Shown: positions 11,220-22,651 of the stretch, one piece after another
How positions within the stretch are numbered: position 1 is the stretch's first letter
How the letters are laid out: every line of letters begins with the position of its first letter
Assembly (NCBI GenBank): GCA_905178155.1
Contig: CAJINV010000013.1
Location: 2,910,158-2,974,157 of the forward strand
Origin: Amoebophrya sp. A120
Lineage: Eukaryota; Protista; Dinoflagellata
Reading direction: 5' to 3'
Length of the DNA: 64,000 bases
Made by a program: the position numbers and the translations under genes
The notes under the pieces: generated by a model
The model's input: the letters and a program-made list of their open reading frames with translations, nothing else
Told to the model about the DNA's origin: nothing
Databases searched by the model: none

Positions 11220-14200
11220 ATGTTGCGCGCCACGCTGTCTGTGACTTCGAGCCAGCAGGGCAATCCGTACCTGGAGTTGGAAGACGAACTGTCGAGCAGG
11301 CTGGTGGCACGCAGAGAGGTGGAAGAAGAGGAAGACGAGCCACACCGGCATCCAAGCAGAACAACTGTCCGAGGCGGAGCTGGCTTGCCTGCGTGGATGT
11401 TCTCGGCGTGTTCTACTCCGTGCTCAACGAGTGACACTTTTTCCACCTCCTTCACGTCGACCTTTGCGAGAAATGTGAGTCTGTGCGTGTTACTTGTGAA
11501 GACGACCCTGCCGTTTATTCTGTCGAACCTGCTGACGTTTTTTCCGGACGTGGTGAACGTGTACGTCGCGAGTGGGAGCCTTGTCTATAAAAATTCCGGC
11601 GCATCTACTTCGGACTCGGAGCTTGTAGATGTCTCCCCACCCGCATCAACACGGACGACTCTAGTCCCGGCCATTGGCCTCGGGCAGCTGGTGCTGAACG
11701 GGCTGACGTTATCTCTCGTGTCCGGCCTCAACCAAGGCCTGGATGTGTACGTTCCGAACAGCCATTTGGCGAGCGGCAAAGAGTACTTCGCGCTGGTCTA
11801 CCTCGGGCGGGCGCACGCGCTGGATTTGCTGCTCTTGGTGCCGGCGGTGCTGGGCATTCTGCTCCTGGCCGGCCCGTGCGGGCTGGACTTTTTGCTCGAC
11901 GCCTACCTCGCTTTCTTCCCGGAAGCGGACGGCACCGGTGTCCGGGGCATCGGCGGCGCGATCGTTGCGCAGAGCGCCGCGTTCTAAGAAACGGGACCCA
12001 GTAGAAGGTGTAGTACTCCCGCTGCGCTCTATCGCTCGCACCTCGCACCGCTGGCGTATGGCTGCGAAAGAGCGAAAGCGATCGCACTAGTAGAGACGGT
12101 TTGTAGTAGGTATGGTTTCATCGGAAGGGAACGTGAAAAACTGGTTCATGCGAGTGGGCGCGCAGTATGGTCAACTATACGTGAAGACGAAAATGTCGGC
12201 ACATGCGTACTTAGATAGAGTTGCAACCGTAGATTATGTCATCCGCGATCCGCTCGGTATACATTCATAAAAACATATCTTGCGTAGAGTTTTTGTCCTC
12301 GAAGATCGAGGCCCTAGTGAATCATTTTCAAATCTGAGCGGCATGAAGATCACAAGAAATCGCATCTTTTTTTCCACTTCGGCGCCATACCAGTCTTCGG
12401 TACTGCTGTTGCGGCGCGCCGTTCTACGTGTTCGCCCACACCGCCTACCGGTATCGTAAGGAAAAATCCCTCCTCCCCATATCGAAAAGGCACGCCTCAG
12501 AGAATTTGCGATGCTGATTTGTGACCGCAGATCGTGGCGGTCTTGCAAGAAAGCAACGGCATAGGCTCCGCCCCATTATGCAGCCGGTTTGTAATGCTGT
12601 TGGGCCTACAGCATATACGTTCCCCATACTAAGCGCCTAGGCCAAAACCGTGCTACATTGGCACGATATGGGCCTGCAGTCCTCTACTGCAAGACAAATC
12701 CGATTTGTGTACGCAAATCCAGCATCAGACTTTTCATTTTGATGCGAAGAGGGGGGATTTTTCGTTTTGATAACCGGTTCACCCTCTTCCGGGGGAAGGT
12801 GGTGCTGCTTCTGCCCGTGCAGGTGCTCACGTCGCTCCTCCACCTTTTATGGTGCTACGTCCTGGTAGCAGTCGCGGGTCTGGAAGTGCCTACCGCGCTC
12901 GGGCTGGCGAATTCGGCGACCTGGGTGCTGCAGTTTGTTGGCTTCTATATTTTGCTCTGCCAACTGGAGTGCAGCTACGAGAAGTTTGACCTGGCGGGAG
13001 GTGCAGTGGACCCCGACCAGTCGTCTGCAAGTGCGGGAGCCGCCGCGGCGGAGGGACCACCGAGGAAGCTTCTTTTTCCCGAGCATGATCTGCGTGACGC
13101 GCCGTTAGAGGACGACGCGGGCATGAAGATCCCTCCCCTGCCGACGCGAGGCTCCCGGTCGGGCTCGTTTGCCGGGTTGAGCCTGGATCTTATCGACACG
13201 CACGTGGCCTTGACGGCGTCCAGGCCCGTGGTGGTGGACAATGCTTCACCCGCGCGAGCGGAAGTACAGGTAGACGAAAGCGTGTTGCCTGTCCATGCAC
13301 GAGAGGAGGAGAGCAGAAGCAGAGCCGCAAGTAGAAGTGCGGAAGCAGTTTGCAAAACACAAAATGAGAACAAACTACCACACGACTACACGAAGAAATT
13401 GTTGCCGGAAGAAGTAGTGAAGAATTCCGCTAATGCAACAGCTTCTGCGGCGTCTCTTCACACTTCCGTGCAAGAATCTCCGGAGCGTCAGTTTCTCGCG
13501 AGATCCTCCACAGTGGGCTCCTCATGTGCCGCCGGTGCCGCCAGCAGCGCTTTCAGTGCAAGTCGTACTGGCAACTACGAGCAGATGCAGGAGACCACGG
13601 GGAGCGACGCTATGATCGAAGCACGGCGCAACAGCAGTACTTCTGCCAGGAACGGGGATTACAAAGGCAGCCCCTTGATGCGGTCTTCAACGGCAGGACA
13701 GTACGTGGGCCAGACCACTAGAACAACGAACAGCCCCCGGAAGCAGTCGCGCGCCCCGCGCGCACTGCAGTACCAGGCGATCCGGGACTACCGGGAGAAA
13801 TCGCTCGTGTTGTCCCGTCGGGAGAGCAGCGGTTTGGACGCCGCACCACCACATGCGGATGATTTTGACCAGGTGTGGGCACCGGGCTCTCTGAATGGAA
13901 GTAGGCATATTATGGCACCAGAAGATGTTACTGGACGTCGAAGGAGGAGCAGCATGACGAGCGTGGATCCGTTTCAACAAGATCTCGACGACGATCCTCC
14001 TGCGCGTCTTCCCGATGGTAGTAATGTTGAAAATGCGAGCAGATTGACAAGTTCGTCTTCCACGACGAGCCTGTTTGTTCATCAGCAGCGAGGAGAGCTG
14101 CAAAGCGGCCGACGGAGCGTGACCGGGAGCTCTCCTGGCGGTGAAAAACACGACCACCTCCGTGAGCGGTACTATCCTAGTGCAGAGGTGGTCGGGGACA

Positions 14201-16402
14201 CGAAGTATCAGACGACAAGTAGCCGAAACTACTCCGCGGTCGGACCTCCGCTGGAGCAGCCGCTGCTTGCCCGTGGGGAAAATGAAGGAGACGTAAACGA
14301 AGAAGAACCTGGTGACTTCCTCGAGGACGACCCGCGGGTCACGATGAGTCAGAATCTTTCCCTGCTGTCTCCGACGGCGTCGTTCGTGGGGAAACTTCTC
14401 CGCGAGTCCTCGATGAATTTGTCGCAAATCTCGAGGTCCTACGCGACGTAGAAGGGGAGAAATCTTCGCCATCGCCGCCAGTTCGTGATGCCTCTGTGCA
14501 TGTGGATGAAATGAAGTTTATGCAAATTATCAAGTCATGTTGCCTAATATATCAAAACACGCATTTACTTATAATTGTGTTGCAAAATCATGGTCGTGAT
14601 GGTCTAGGAGAACACCCGCATTTTCGCCGGGATAGGTCCGTGTCGCTGTCCCGGCTGCCGAGCAAGGAGCGGAAAATTCCGCTGAAAGATGTGTTTTTGG
14701 TGTTCGATTTCACCAACAGCGATATTTGGTCCGTCAAGTCACTTTACCGCTACGCCCGGCTCTCGCTGCCAACGGCGTTCACGCAGCTCTTCACGGTGTT
14801 GCGCTACGAAAGCCTGCTCTTAGCGGTCTTGCTTGTCCAACATCAGCAGCAGCAGAGTTCGGAGATATTTTCCCCTTCTTCTTCCTCTTGGGCGGGGGAT
14901 AGATATGCTACAACCCAACCACCTACATCACAAGAAGCACTGGTAGGACAGTCCGCCGCAGCCTCACCTCACTCGGGATTGCAACCGCCGGAAGTTCTTG
15001 TTGGGGGCCAAGAAGCAACCGCCAGTGCATTAAATCTTGCTGGCGAGGCCAACATGTTCTTGAGCTCCAGTAGCAACACAACCCCCGTGGATTTCTTGTT
15101 GCAGGTAATCCTGACCAATCTCTACACGTTAGCGCTGTTGATTCCGCAGGGGGTGAGCTTTTTCCTCCTGCTCGCGATCGGCGAGTACCTGGGGTCTGGG
15201 CGGCCGGATATTGCCGCGGAATTGGCCCGTGTCGGCCCCACGTTCGCCGTCTTCGTCGCGCTGGCAAGCCAGCTGCTGTTCCTCAGCTTTGTCCGGGTGG
15301 ATGCGGTGATGTTAGGGTCTTCATACGACAGCGGCACAAGGCAGGACTCTTGGGAACAAAAAATCGCGAAAGCGGCTGCAGGTGAAGAGGATCGCACGGT
15401 AGATTGTTTTGGCGCGACGAGCAGTACCCCACTTTCTGGAGCGTTTCCTTTTCCAGGACCTTCACCAGCGGCAGCCACAGTGTGCTCGCCCGACAGCACC
15501 ACGTCGGGGAAGCACGGCGGTGTGTTCACGGCGGTGGCGTATCGTCAGGGAAAATAATGCCTCCTCCCCATATTGAAAAGGCATGCTTGTGAAAACTTTT
15601 GATGCGTATTTTTGGCCACAGGTCGCGCGTGTCTTGCAAAAGAGCGTGAATTCAGAGCGTTTGCCGTATTATGCAGGCTATTTTTTGCGGTGCTGCGTCT
15701 ATAATAGAGCAGGCCTCTGCTATGCTAAGAGCCTACGCCGAAACATTATAAACACCCCTGGCTACTTACGCAGGCCTAGGATTAACCTGCAGACCCTCAC
15801 TACAGGACAAAGCGGGTTCGTGTGCGCAAATCGCGCGAGCGTCACAGATTTCCAGTTGAGTAGGGGGAGGGGGAAGTTTTCATTTTGATATGGGGGAGCT
15901 GCTGTTCAGCGTGTACCACGTGGAAGAAGCGTCCGCCGCCGACCTGGCGAGCACGCTGCAGGTGCTGTTCGCGCAGTTTCTACTCGAAACGTTGTCCCTC
16001 TCGTTCGCGAGCATAATCCGGGCCTGCGCTTTCTGGCGGACGGGGTTTCTCGTTTACGGGCTGCAGGTGCTGTGCAACCTGCCCGTCGTGCTGTTGCTGC
16101 AGCAGGTGGCGTTTCACTCGAAGGGGTCGAGTACAGCAGGTCGTGGTTTTGGAGCCGGTTTGCTTTCAAAAACAAAACCTCCAGCGAAAGCTTTTTCATC
16201 TCCTGCTCCTGCCTCGAAGGACGAAACAGCGGCAGGCAGCATGCAAAGTTCTTGCTCTATTCTGCTGCCCATTTGGACCGGTGCCTTGCTCTTGTCGGTT
16301 TGTGGTGCAGTGGTCTTCTACAAGAAGCTGAAAACCATCGACTTTTTGCAACGGAGCGAGGCAGCGAGAAACCGACTTCGGAAGGAGTACTGGAGGCTGT
16401 GA
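11220..16402 (+). CDS. MATE-family (multidrug and toxic compound extrusion) transporter, spliced, with long low-complexity insertions
   Basis: MATE-like segments: LGQLVLNGLTLSLVSGLNQGLDVYVPNS..G; LHLLWCYVLV..LGLANSATW; ARLSLPTAFTQLFTVLRYE; IPQGVSFFLLLAIGEYLGSGRPDIA; SFASIIRA. Exons join across introners 12452-12772, 14440-14634 and 15540-15890, plus an intron at ~11981-12393 whose exact donor is uncertain. Confidence 0.8.
12452..12772. mobile_element. Introner, family B
   Basis: TATCGTAAGGAAAAATCCCTCCTCCCCATATCGAAA ... GAGGGGGGATTTTTCGTTTTGATA; perfect TSD ACCGG; frame restored (HTAYR-FTLF). Confidence 0.92.
14440..14634. mobile_element. Introner, singleton family I (weak TIR)
   Basis: TAC...GATA ends, perfect TSD GGTCC. 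Removal deletes the stop of ORF 12658 and joins it in frame to ORF 14496 (ISRS-VSLSR). Confidence 0.7.
15540..15890. mobile_element. Introner, family B
   Basis: TATCGTCAGGGAAAATAATGCCTCCTCCCCATATTG ... GGGGAGGGGGAAGTTTTCATTTTGATA; TSD TGGCG/TGGGG; frame restored (FTAV-x-ELLF). Confidence 0.85.
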
Positions 16403-16942
16403 ACAGTAGCAGGAGGCCGTGCCTGTTTATTGCTGCCGCTTACGTTTAGAAGAGGTTTGAGTTTCTGCATGAGAAATAAATACCGACACACAAACTCATT
16501 CTACGTGCAGTACAGTGCAGTGCGTTCCTTCGGTTTCTCCATCATCATTTGCGGCAAGTCGTGTTTCTCGTGCTGGCTCGCCCGCAGGAGTGCGTTCCCC
16601 TGATGGCACTTTCCGGTTCCCGGTGGTTCCAAACAGGTTTTCATTTTCTGCAGCACTTAGATTTAACTCCCTTAGTTGACCACGCAAGCGCACTGTCAGG
16701 GGTTGTCGTCCGCTCCTTTCTTCGCGGATTCTGTAGTAAACTGGTGTTATCTACTTCTATCTTGACAGCGTCGTTATGTGAGCGTGCAGAAACACATCAT
16801 CGTATAAATCAGGATCCGATCAGTGTTTTTTTTTCGTGGCGCACAGCGAGCGTATTTTCGTGTCTTGGTTGGTACATGATGGAACTGTAACCGCTGACAG
16901 TCGTCGTGCCTCCGTCGTTCAGTAAGAACATGTTCGATGATC

Positions 16943-18210
16943 TGGTAACCAAATGCGTGCGCGCGCGCGCGCAGAGCGCGCGCCGGCCCACGAAGCCGGC
17001 GCGCGCGCTCTGCGCGCTTGCGATATTGCTTAGCAAACGCAGCGCGAAGGCAGTTGCCGTTACCATATAGGGCAACCGCCGGGAGNNNNNNNNNNNNNNN
17101 NNNNNNNNNNNNNNNNNNNNNNNNNNNNNNNNNNNNNNNNNNNNNNNNNNNNNNNNNNNNNNNNNNNNNNNNNNNNNNNNNNNNNNNNNNNNNNNNNNNN
17201 NNNNNNNNNNNNNNNNNNNNNNNNNNNNNNNNNNNNNNNNNNNNNNNNNNNNNNNNNNNNNNNNNNNNNNNNNNNNNNNNNNNNNNNNNNNNNNNNNNNN
17301 NNNNNNNNNNNNNNNNNNNNNNNNNNNNNNNNNNNNNNNNNNNNNNNNNNNNNNNNNNNNNNNNNNNNNNNNNNNNNNNNNNNNNNNNNNNNNNNNNNNN
17401 NNNNNNNNNNNNNNNNNNNNNNNNNNNNNNNNNNNNNNNNNNNNNNNNNNNNNNNNNNNNNNNNNNNNNNNNNNNNNNNNNNNNNNNNNNNNNNNNNNNN
17501 NNNNNNNNNNNNNNNNNNNNNNNNNNNNNNNNNNNNNNNNNNNNNNNNNNNNNNNNNNNNNNNNNNNNNNNNNNNNNNNNNNNNNNNNNNNNNNNNNNNN
17601 NNNNNNNNNNNNNNNNNNNNNNNNNNNNNNNNNNNNNNNNNNNNNNNNNNNNNNNNNNNNNNNNNNNNNNNNNNNNNNNAGGGCGGTCCGGCGGGCGCGC
17701 GCTTGCGCCGTACCATCGCGATTGGGAAAAAAAAAAAACGCACTAGAAGCGGGCGGAGGCATGTCCCAAAATCCACGTTTGCTCTGGGTTGTGGGCAGAA
17801 ATTCGGGATCTTCGCCGGGTCTGAAATGGCCGATTTTGGTGGCCCAGCAGGGTGCGCGGGTTTGTGGTTTCGCACAGACCTTCCTGGCCAGGTGGCCAGT
17901 TTGTCACGCAGGGGGCTAGAAAGGATGCCCCGCTGCGAAATAGCAGACCGGATTTCGCCGCCAATGCTTATCGCAGGAGCCTGCGGGCCGCCGCGGGCTC
18001 CACCACTTCCCCGCGGCCCTTAAGCTTTGAATGCGAATCCGGATGCCCCCGATGGCCCGCGATAAATGGCGAAGAAGTGGGATTCTATATTAAAAAGAAA
18101 TGGTGGTGGCAGCCGCGCGGCGAAAGCGCGGCCCGCAGGGCCGCGCTTTCGTGGCGCGGCTGGTTTGGCTTTCGCGCTGGTTAGATTTTCGCGCACGCAT
18201 TTGGTTACCA
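16943..18210. mobile_element. GC-rich TIR element spanning an assembly gap
   Basis: Perfect 21-bp inverted repeat TGGTAACCAAATGCGTGCGCG (16943-16963) / CGCGCACGCATTTGGTTACCA (18190-18210). It is absent from the paralogous copy at ~21080, and no TSD is evident. Confidence 0.65.
17086..17679. other. Assembly gap (594 N)
   Basis: Run of n characters. Confidence 0.99.
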
Positions 18211-19349
18211 ATATCGCCCTCCGGGCGCGATCTTCATACCTCTCGTACAATTTCTACGCGTCCGTCGTTTCCGTTGACAGAATCAGCGCTGCCGCTGATG
18301 CTTGGCTGGCGTGATAAGCTTGTTGTCGAAGATGAAAAGCATCGTCGATCTGCTTCTTTGAACCTACTTAGTTTGTAAAAGCACAATAACTATCACACCA
18401 GCTCCCCTCACTTGCTTCTACAGTCTAGTACTACGTGCTGTTGTACTACTAGAGCTTCGTTTTTTAAAATTCGAAGTTAAAAAAGTAAAAACAGGATCCG
18501 CTTCGCAGTCAGTGTGATTGTGTCGCAGTGGCAAGTGAGTACAACAGTGTTTGTGTTCTCTAGGTGTGCAACTCCTACTTGCATTGGGTATCAATTTTAC
18601 AGCTTTAGCGCGACAAGTCGCAATCTTCCAGACCCAGACATATTTGCAATCCATACATATCTTATCCTTCTTGAACTTTCGTCTTGAATTTCTATTATGC
18701 CGCTGCGGAAGTCGAAGTTTGCGCGGATCGGAGCGGCTACCGCCTTGACGGCTCCCCTCTTGCGGGGGGGGGGGCGTTGTTGGTGCAGCGAAGATCAGCC
18801 CCACGAATACGCACGCGTGGGTTGGATCGGAAACCTCGCCGTCGGGGTTTGTGGACATGGGTGGTCGCCGCGAGAAGAACCGTGTGCGCGACAAGGAAAA
18901 GAAGGAGAAGAAGAAGACGAGAAGTACCAAGGCAAGCCTAGCTGCTCGTGTTGGTCGTGATGATGATGCTGGCCCAGTCGGCGACCTAGCAAAGAAAGCA
19001 GTGCCGCCGCTCGTGCAACTTATGAAACTTGTATTTTTCTCGGCTCCCGGGGGTCGCACTTTTTATCGAAAGGCTATAGTCCGGAAGAAGTTGCCAAGTA
19101 GCAGCACCTTACCAATCCGACCACGAAGATTGTTGGATTTTCACGAGAGTTGTTGCTACCTTTGCAAGTCAGTTTTCTTCATGTCGTGCGTGGAATGATG
19201 CATGGACGCAAGATGAATGCAAATGGCGGTCCGTGGAGTCTGGTGTAAGTAAGCATTTACTCATTACTGTTGTAGTAGCCGACGCGCCGCGGCCTCTTGT
19301 GCTTCGTGGCGGTTATTTTCATTTGAAATGGCCAGGCCTAGTCTTAGAA

Positions 19350-20210
19350 TATCAATATGGCTCGTTCGTGGGACCGAGAAATATCAAATGCGAATTTGTC
19401 TGGCTCCGGGTCTGGAACAATTTTGCAAACTTGTCAGGATCGGCTGGAACGCCCTGTAGACCCTGTGGCACGTAGCTGCTCGACTTTTTCGCCAGAGTAA
19501 CGCTTCTCTGTGAGGCTGCGTCGCACCATGTTGCTGAAAAGCGTCTCGACTTTTTTGCGCAAATGCAACCAGGCATGCGCATACGTAGCAGACAGCCGGC
19601 TTAAAGCTTCTCATGTCTGGGTGTGTATTGCATATGTCCTGATCATGTAGACACTATCTAGCATCATGACTTTCCAGACCTTCACCGGGGCAGATTTGCA
19701 AGTGATGCGAGAAATTATATCATGATAGTCAAGGTTGCTGCAGTGCCAGGTGATGTGACGAAGGCTGACGCTCAAGGCCATGCAATGGCCGGCCAGATTC
19801 AGGACGTCGGGGATGAAGCTGTTGGGGGTGCGAAAACTGCCTTCTGGGTCGCGTGCGAATTTTTCAAGCAGCACTGGGTATGTGAATAAAAGCAAAACGG
19901 TAGCGCGAACCTGTCCTTCAGGTAAACAACATATATTGGACGCCCAGTCTTTATTTACAATTTTCGGTTGAAAAGTATAAGTTCCCATCGACGCAGATCC
20001 ACATTGTCCCAAAAAATACTTAGCAATCTCCCCGTTCATCGCATGTGCTCTGTTCTAGCTCCACCAGCCTCTTAGCCAACCTTTTATCATTTTATCAGAT
20101 CGCAAACCGAACTCTTTGCCCGAAGCACTCCCGCATGCCAATGCTAGTACGTTGAAAAATGCCTCGCACCAGACAAGATTGAAAACTACCCAAATATCGT
20201 GCTGTGAACA
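19350..20210 (-). pseudogene. Possible decayed reading frame of unknown origin
   Basis: The frame of ORF 19611-20039 continues with protein-like text on both sides across single stops (..KGWLRGWWS*NRAHAMNGEIAK..TQT*EALSRLSATYAHAWLHLRKK..). No family recognised. Confidence 0.25.
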
Positions 20211-20274
20211 GGCAAGTCAATGTGAATCCATGCATAGCCAGGAGCTGCGCAACCAGCCGGAAATACCTGTCCGA

Positions 20275-20602
20275 TATGCGTGACAAATATGTCTGGGTCC
20301 GGAATAATGCCACATTTGTGATGCTCGGCCACCAAGACGGCGCTGTAATTTACTGCATGACACGGAATAGCCAGATCGCTAGTCTGCTTGTACGGTAATG
20401 AAAGATTGGGGCTTACATATGTTTTTTAGTGAGTGCGTCTGTTAGAGTTACTATACTTACAGATGGACGCGGGCCGCGGATATCGGCCTTTCAAAAACTT
20501 GAAGTGCACACTCGCGTACCGGATTTTCTGTGTCACTTGCGCGGCTGCATCACAAATGTCGTGTCACTTGCTAGCTCGAGCCAGACATATTTGCAGTTGA
20601 TA
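20275..20602. mobile_element. Intergenic introner-like element (family A')
   Basis: TATGCGTGACAAATATGTCTGGGTCCGGAA ... CCAGACATATTTGCAGTTGATA; flanks TCCGA/CGCGA (3 of 5 match). Confidence 0.6.
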
Positions 20603-20792
20603 CGCGACCCTAAAACCCCAGTTCGAATCCCAGTAGACCCAAAATAATTATATCCCCTGAAAGCTAAAATTTTGCCCTAAGAACCCAAATAGAAGTAAGG
20701 CCGAGAGGACGCTGCAGGTCCCTGCGGAAGGAGAGAAAGCCCTGATGCCCCTTATTGTCTGCAGCACATAGAGCCCGATACAGGCTTTCATT

Positions 20793-21787
20793 GTCTGCAG
20801 CACTTGGATTTACCTCCCGTAGTTGACCACGCAAGCGCACTGTCACGCGTTGTCGTCCGCGCTATTCTTGACGGATTCTGTAGTAAACTGGTGTTGGTTT
20901 CTATCTTGGCAGCGTCGTTACGTGATCGCGCAAAAACACTTCGTCGTACAAATCAGGATACGATCATTGTTTTTTTTTTCCGTGGCGCACCGCGTATTTT
21001 CGTGTCTTAGTTCGCCCTTGGTGGAGCCGTAAGCTCTGACAGTCGTCGTGGCTCCGTCGTTCAGTAGGAACCTTTTTGATGATGCCTCTCGTACAATTTT
21101 ATTTTTACGTCCCGTGAGCAGGTCTGCATTTTTTCCGTCCGTCGTTTTCGTTGACAGAACTGGCACTGCTGCTTGGCTGACATGATAAGTTTGTTGTCGA
21201 AGATGAAAAGCGTAGTCGATCTGCTTCTTTGAACCTAGTATAAAAGCACAATAACTATCGCACCAGCTCCCCTCACTTGCTTCTACAGTGTAGTACGCGT
21301 GCTGTTGTACTACTAGAGCTTCGTTTTTTAAAATTCGAACGTAAACACAGGATCTGCTTGCAGCCAGTGTGATTGTGTCGCAGTGGCAGCTGAGCACAAC
21401 AGTGTTTGTGTGTTCTCTAGGTGTACTCCTACTGGCGTTGAGTATTAATTTTACGGATTTGAGTAGTTGTCTTTCAGATATCTTATCCTGCTTGAACAAC
21501 TTTCTTGAATTTCCATCATGCCGCTGCGGAAATCGAAGTTTCCGCGGATCGGAGCGGCTACCGCCTCGACGGTTCCTCTCTTGGGGGGGGCGTTGTTGGC
21601 GCAGCGAAGATCATCAGCCCCACGAATACCCACACGTGGGTTGGATCGGAAACGTCGCCGTCGGGGTTTGTGGACATGGGTGGTCGCCGTGAGAAGAACC
21701 GTGCGCGCGACAAGGAAACGAAGAAGAAGAAGACGAGAAGTACGAAGGCAGGCCTAGCTGCTCGTGTTGGTGATGATTCTGGCCCAG
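20793..21787. repeat. Segmental duplication, copy 2 (uninterrupted)
   Basis: Colinear with 16645-16940 plus 18239-18975. Confidence 0.85.
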
Positions 21788-22062
21788 GCCCAGCCGAGGA
21801 CGTGCTTCTGCGTGTAGCGTCGAAGGGTGCGACCGCCCCCGTGGAGGGTTTCCAAGGCTTGATCAACGCGCAAGCCAAAGCGGACGAAAACGCCGACTTT
21901 GTACAGGGTTATTTCGACAACATCGCTGGTGTAGCGAATGCAGCGGGATCGGTTTGGAATTATGTCGTTGCGCCGATCGGACAGTCGGTGGCGGACCAAT
22001 TCTTGAGTATGTCGGTGGCGGATCGGACAGTCGGTGGCGGATCGGACAGTCGGCTGGCTTGA
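21505..22062 (+). CDS. Lys-rich hypothetical ORF within the duplicated segment (paralog at ~18684-19198); may be non-functional
   Basis: Both copies encode TSPSGFVDMGGRREKNRxRDKExK..KKTRSTKAxLAARVG and diverge after it. The 3' end has 19-bp tandem repeats (CGGACAGTCGGTGGCGGAT). Confidence 0.3.
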   Translation: MNFHHAAAEIEVSADRSGYRLDGSSLGGGVVGAAKIISPTNTHTWVGSETSPSGFVDMGGRREKNRARDKETKKKKTRSTKAGLAARVGDDSGPGPAEDVLLRVASKGATAPVEGFQGLINAQAKADENADFVQGYFDNIAGVANAAGSVWNYVVAPIGQSVADQFLSMSVADRTVGGGSDSRLA

Positions 22063-22651
22063 GTAATTTCTTGAGGAATACTAATTTCTAACGAGGAAGA
22101 GGAGCCTTGGCTTGCTAAGACCTCACTGGGTATGACTCCCGGTGTTGTTGGACAAGTCCTGAAGACGCATGTTGGAATCGTTAAACTGAAGTGGAGGAGA
22201 AGCAGAACAGCATCTTGACCTTCTCACTTTCCAACAAACAGGAGCTGATCTACTATTCTTTTATTACGGTTTATCGTCGTTCTAGTATTAAAAAAAATTT
22301 CTAATTTATTATTCTTGTACATTCTAATTTATTATTCTAATTGAAATAGAAATTGGCCTAACCAAGGACGAAAGTTTGAAAGGTGTTCTCTCTTCTCACG
22401 TGTCTAGTAGCGCTACCTCAATAAAAAGCACAACTTGGCGGAGCTGCCTTCTTGGCTCCCGCCTTAGAAACAGGGACACGTATGTCTATACTTTTGGTAA
22501 AAAAGGAGCTGTCACACACGACCAGATAAGATACTACCCAAAAGTTGTTCCTATGCCTTGGACATGCAAGTCCATCCTCATACATGCAAACCCACCCAAA
22601 GTTCGGAGCTGGAGCTGCGCAACCAGCCACAAATACCTGTCCTCGGTGCGA

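Larger units (their letters stand above)
16645..18975. repeat. Segmental duplication, copy 1 (interrupted by element 16943-18210)
   Basis: 16645-16940 matches ~20793-21083 and ~18239-18975 matches ~21086-21787. Shared text includes GTTGACCACGCAAGCGCACTGTCA and GTCGGGGTTTGTGGACATGGGTGGTCGCCG. Confidence 0.85.

Noticed and set aside
16809-17875. ORFs of 240-320 aa spanning 17086-17679
   Set aside because: They are artefacts of the N gap.
19350-20210. Stop-codon reassignment (reported for one Amoebophrya lineage)
   Set aside because: Exons up to 6.6 kb are open under the standard code, and genes here end in TAA, TAG and TGA. Other ORF breaks are explained by introns.
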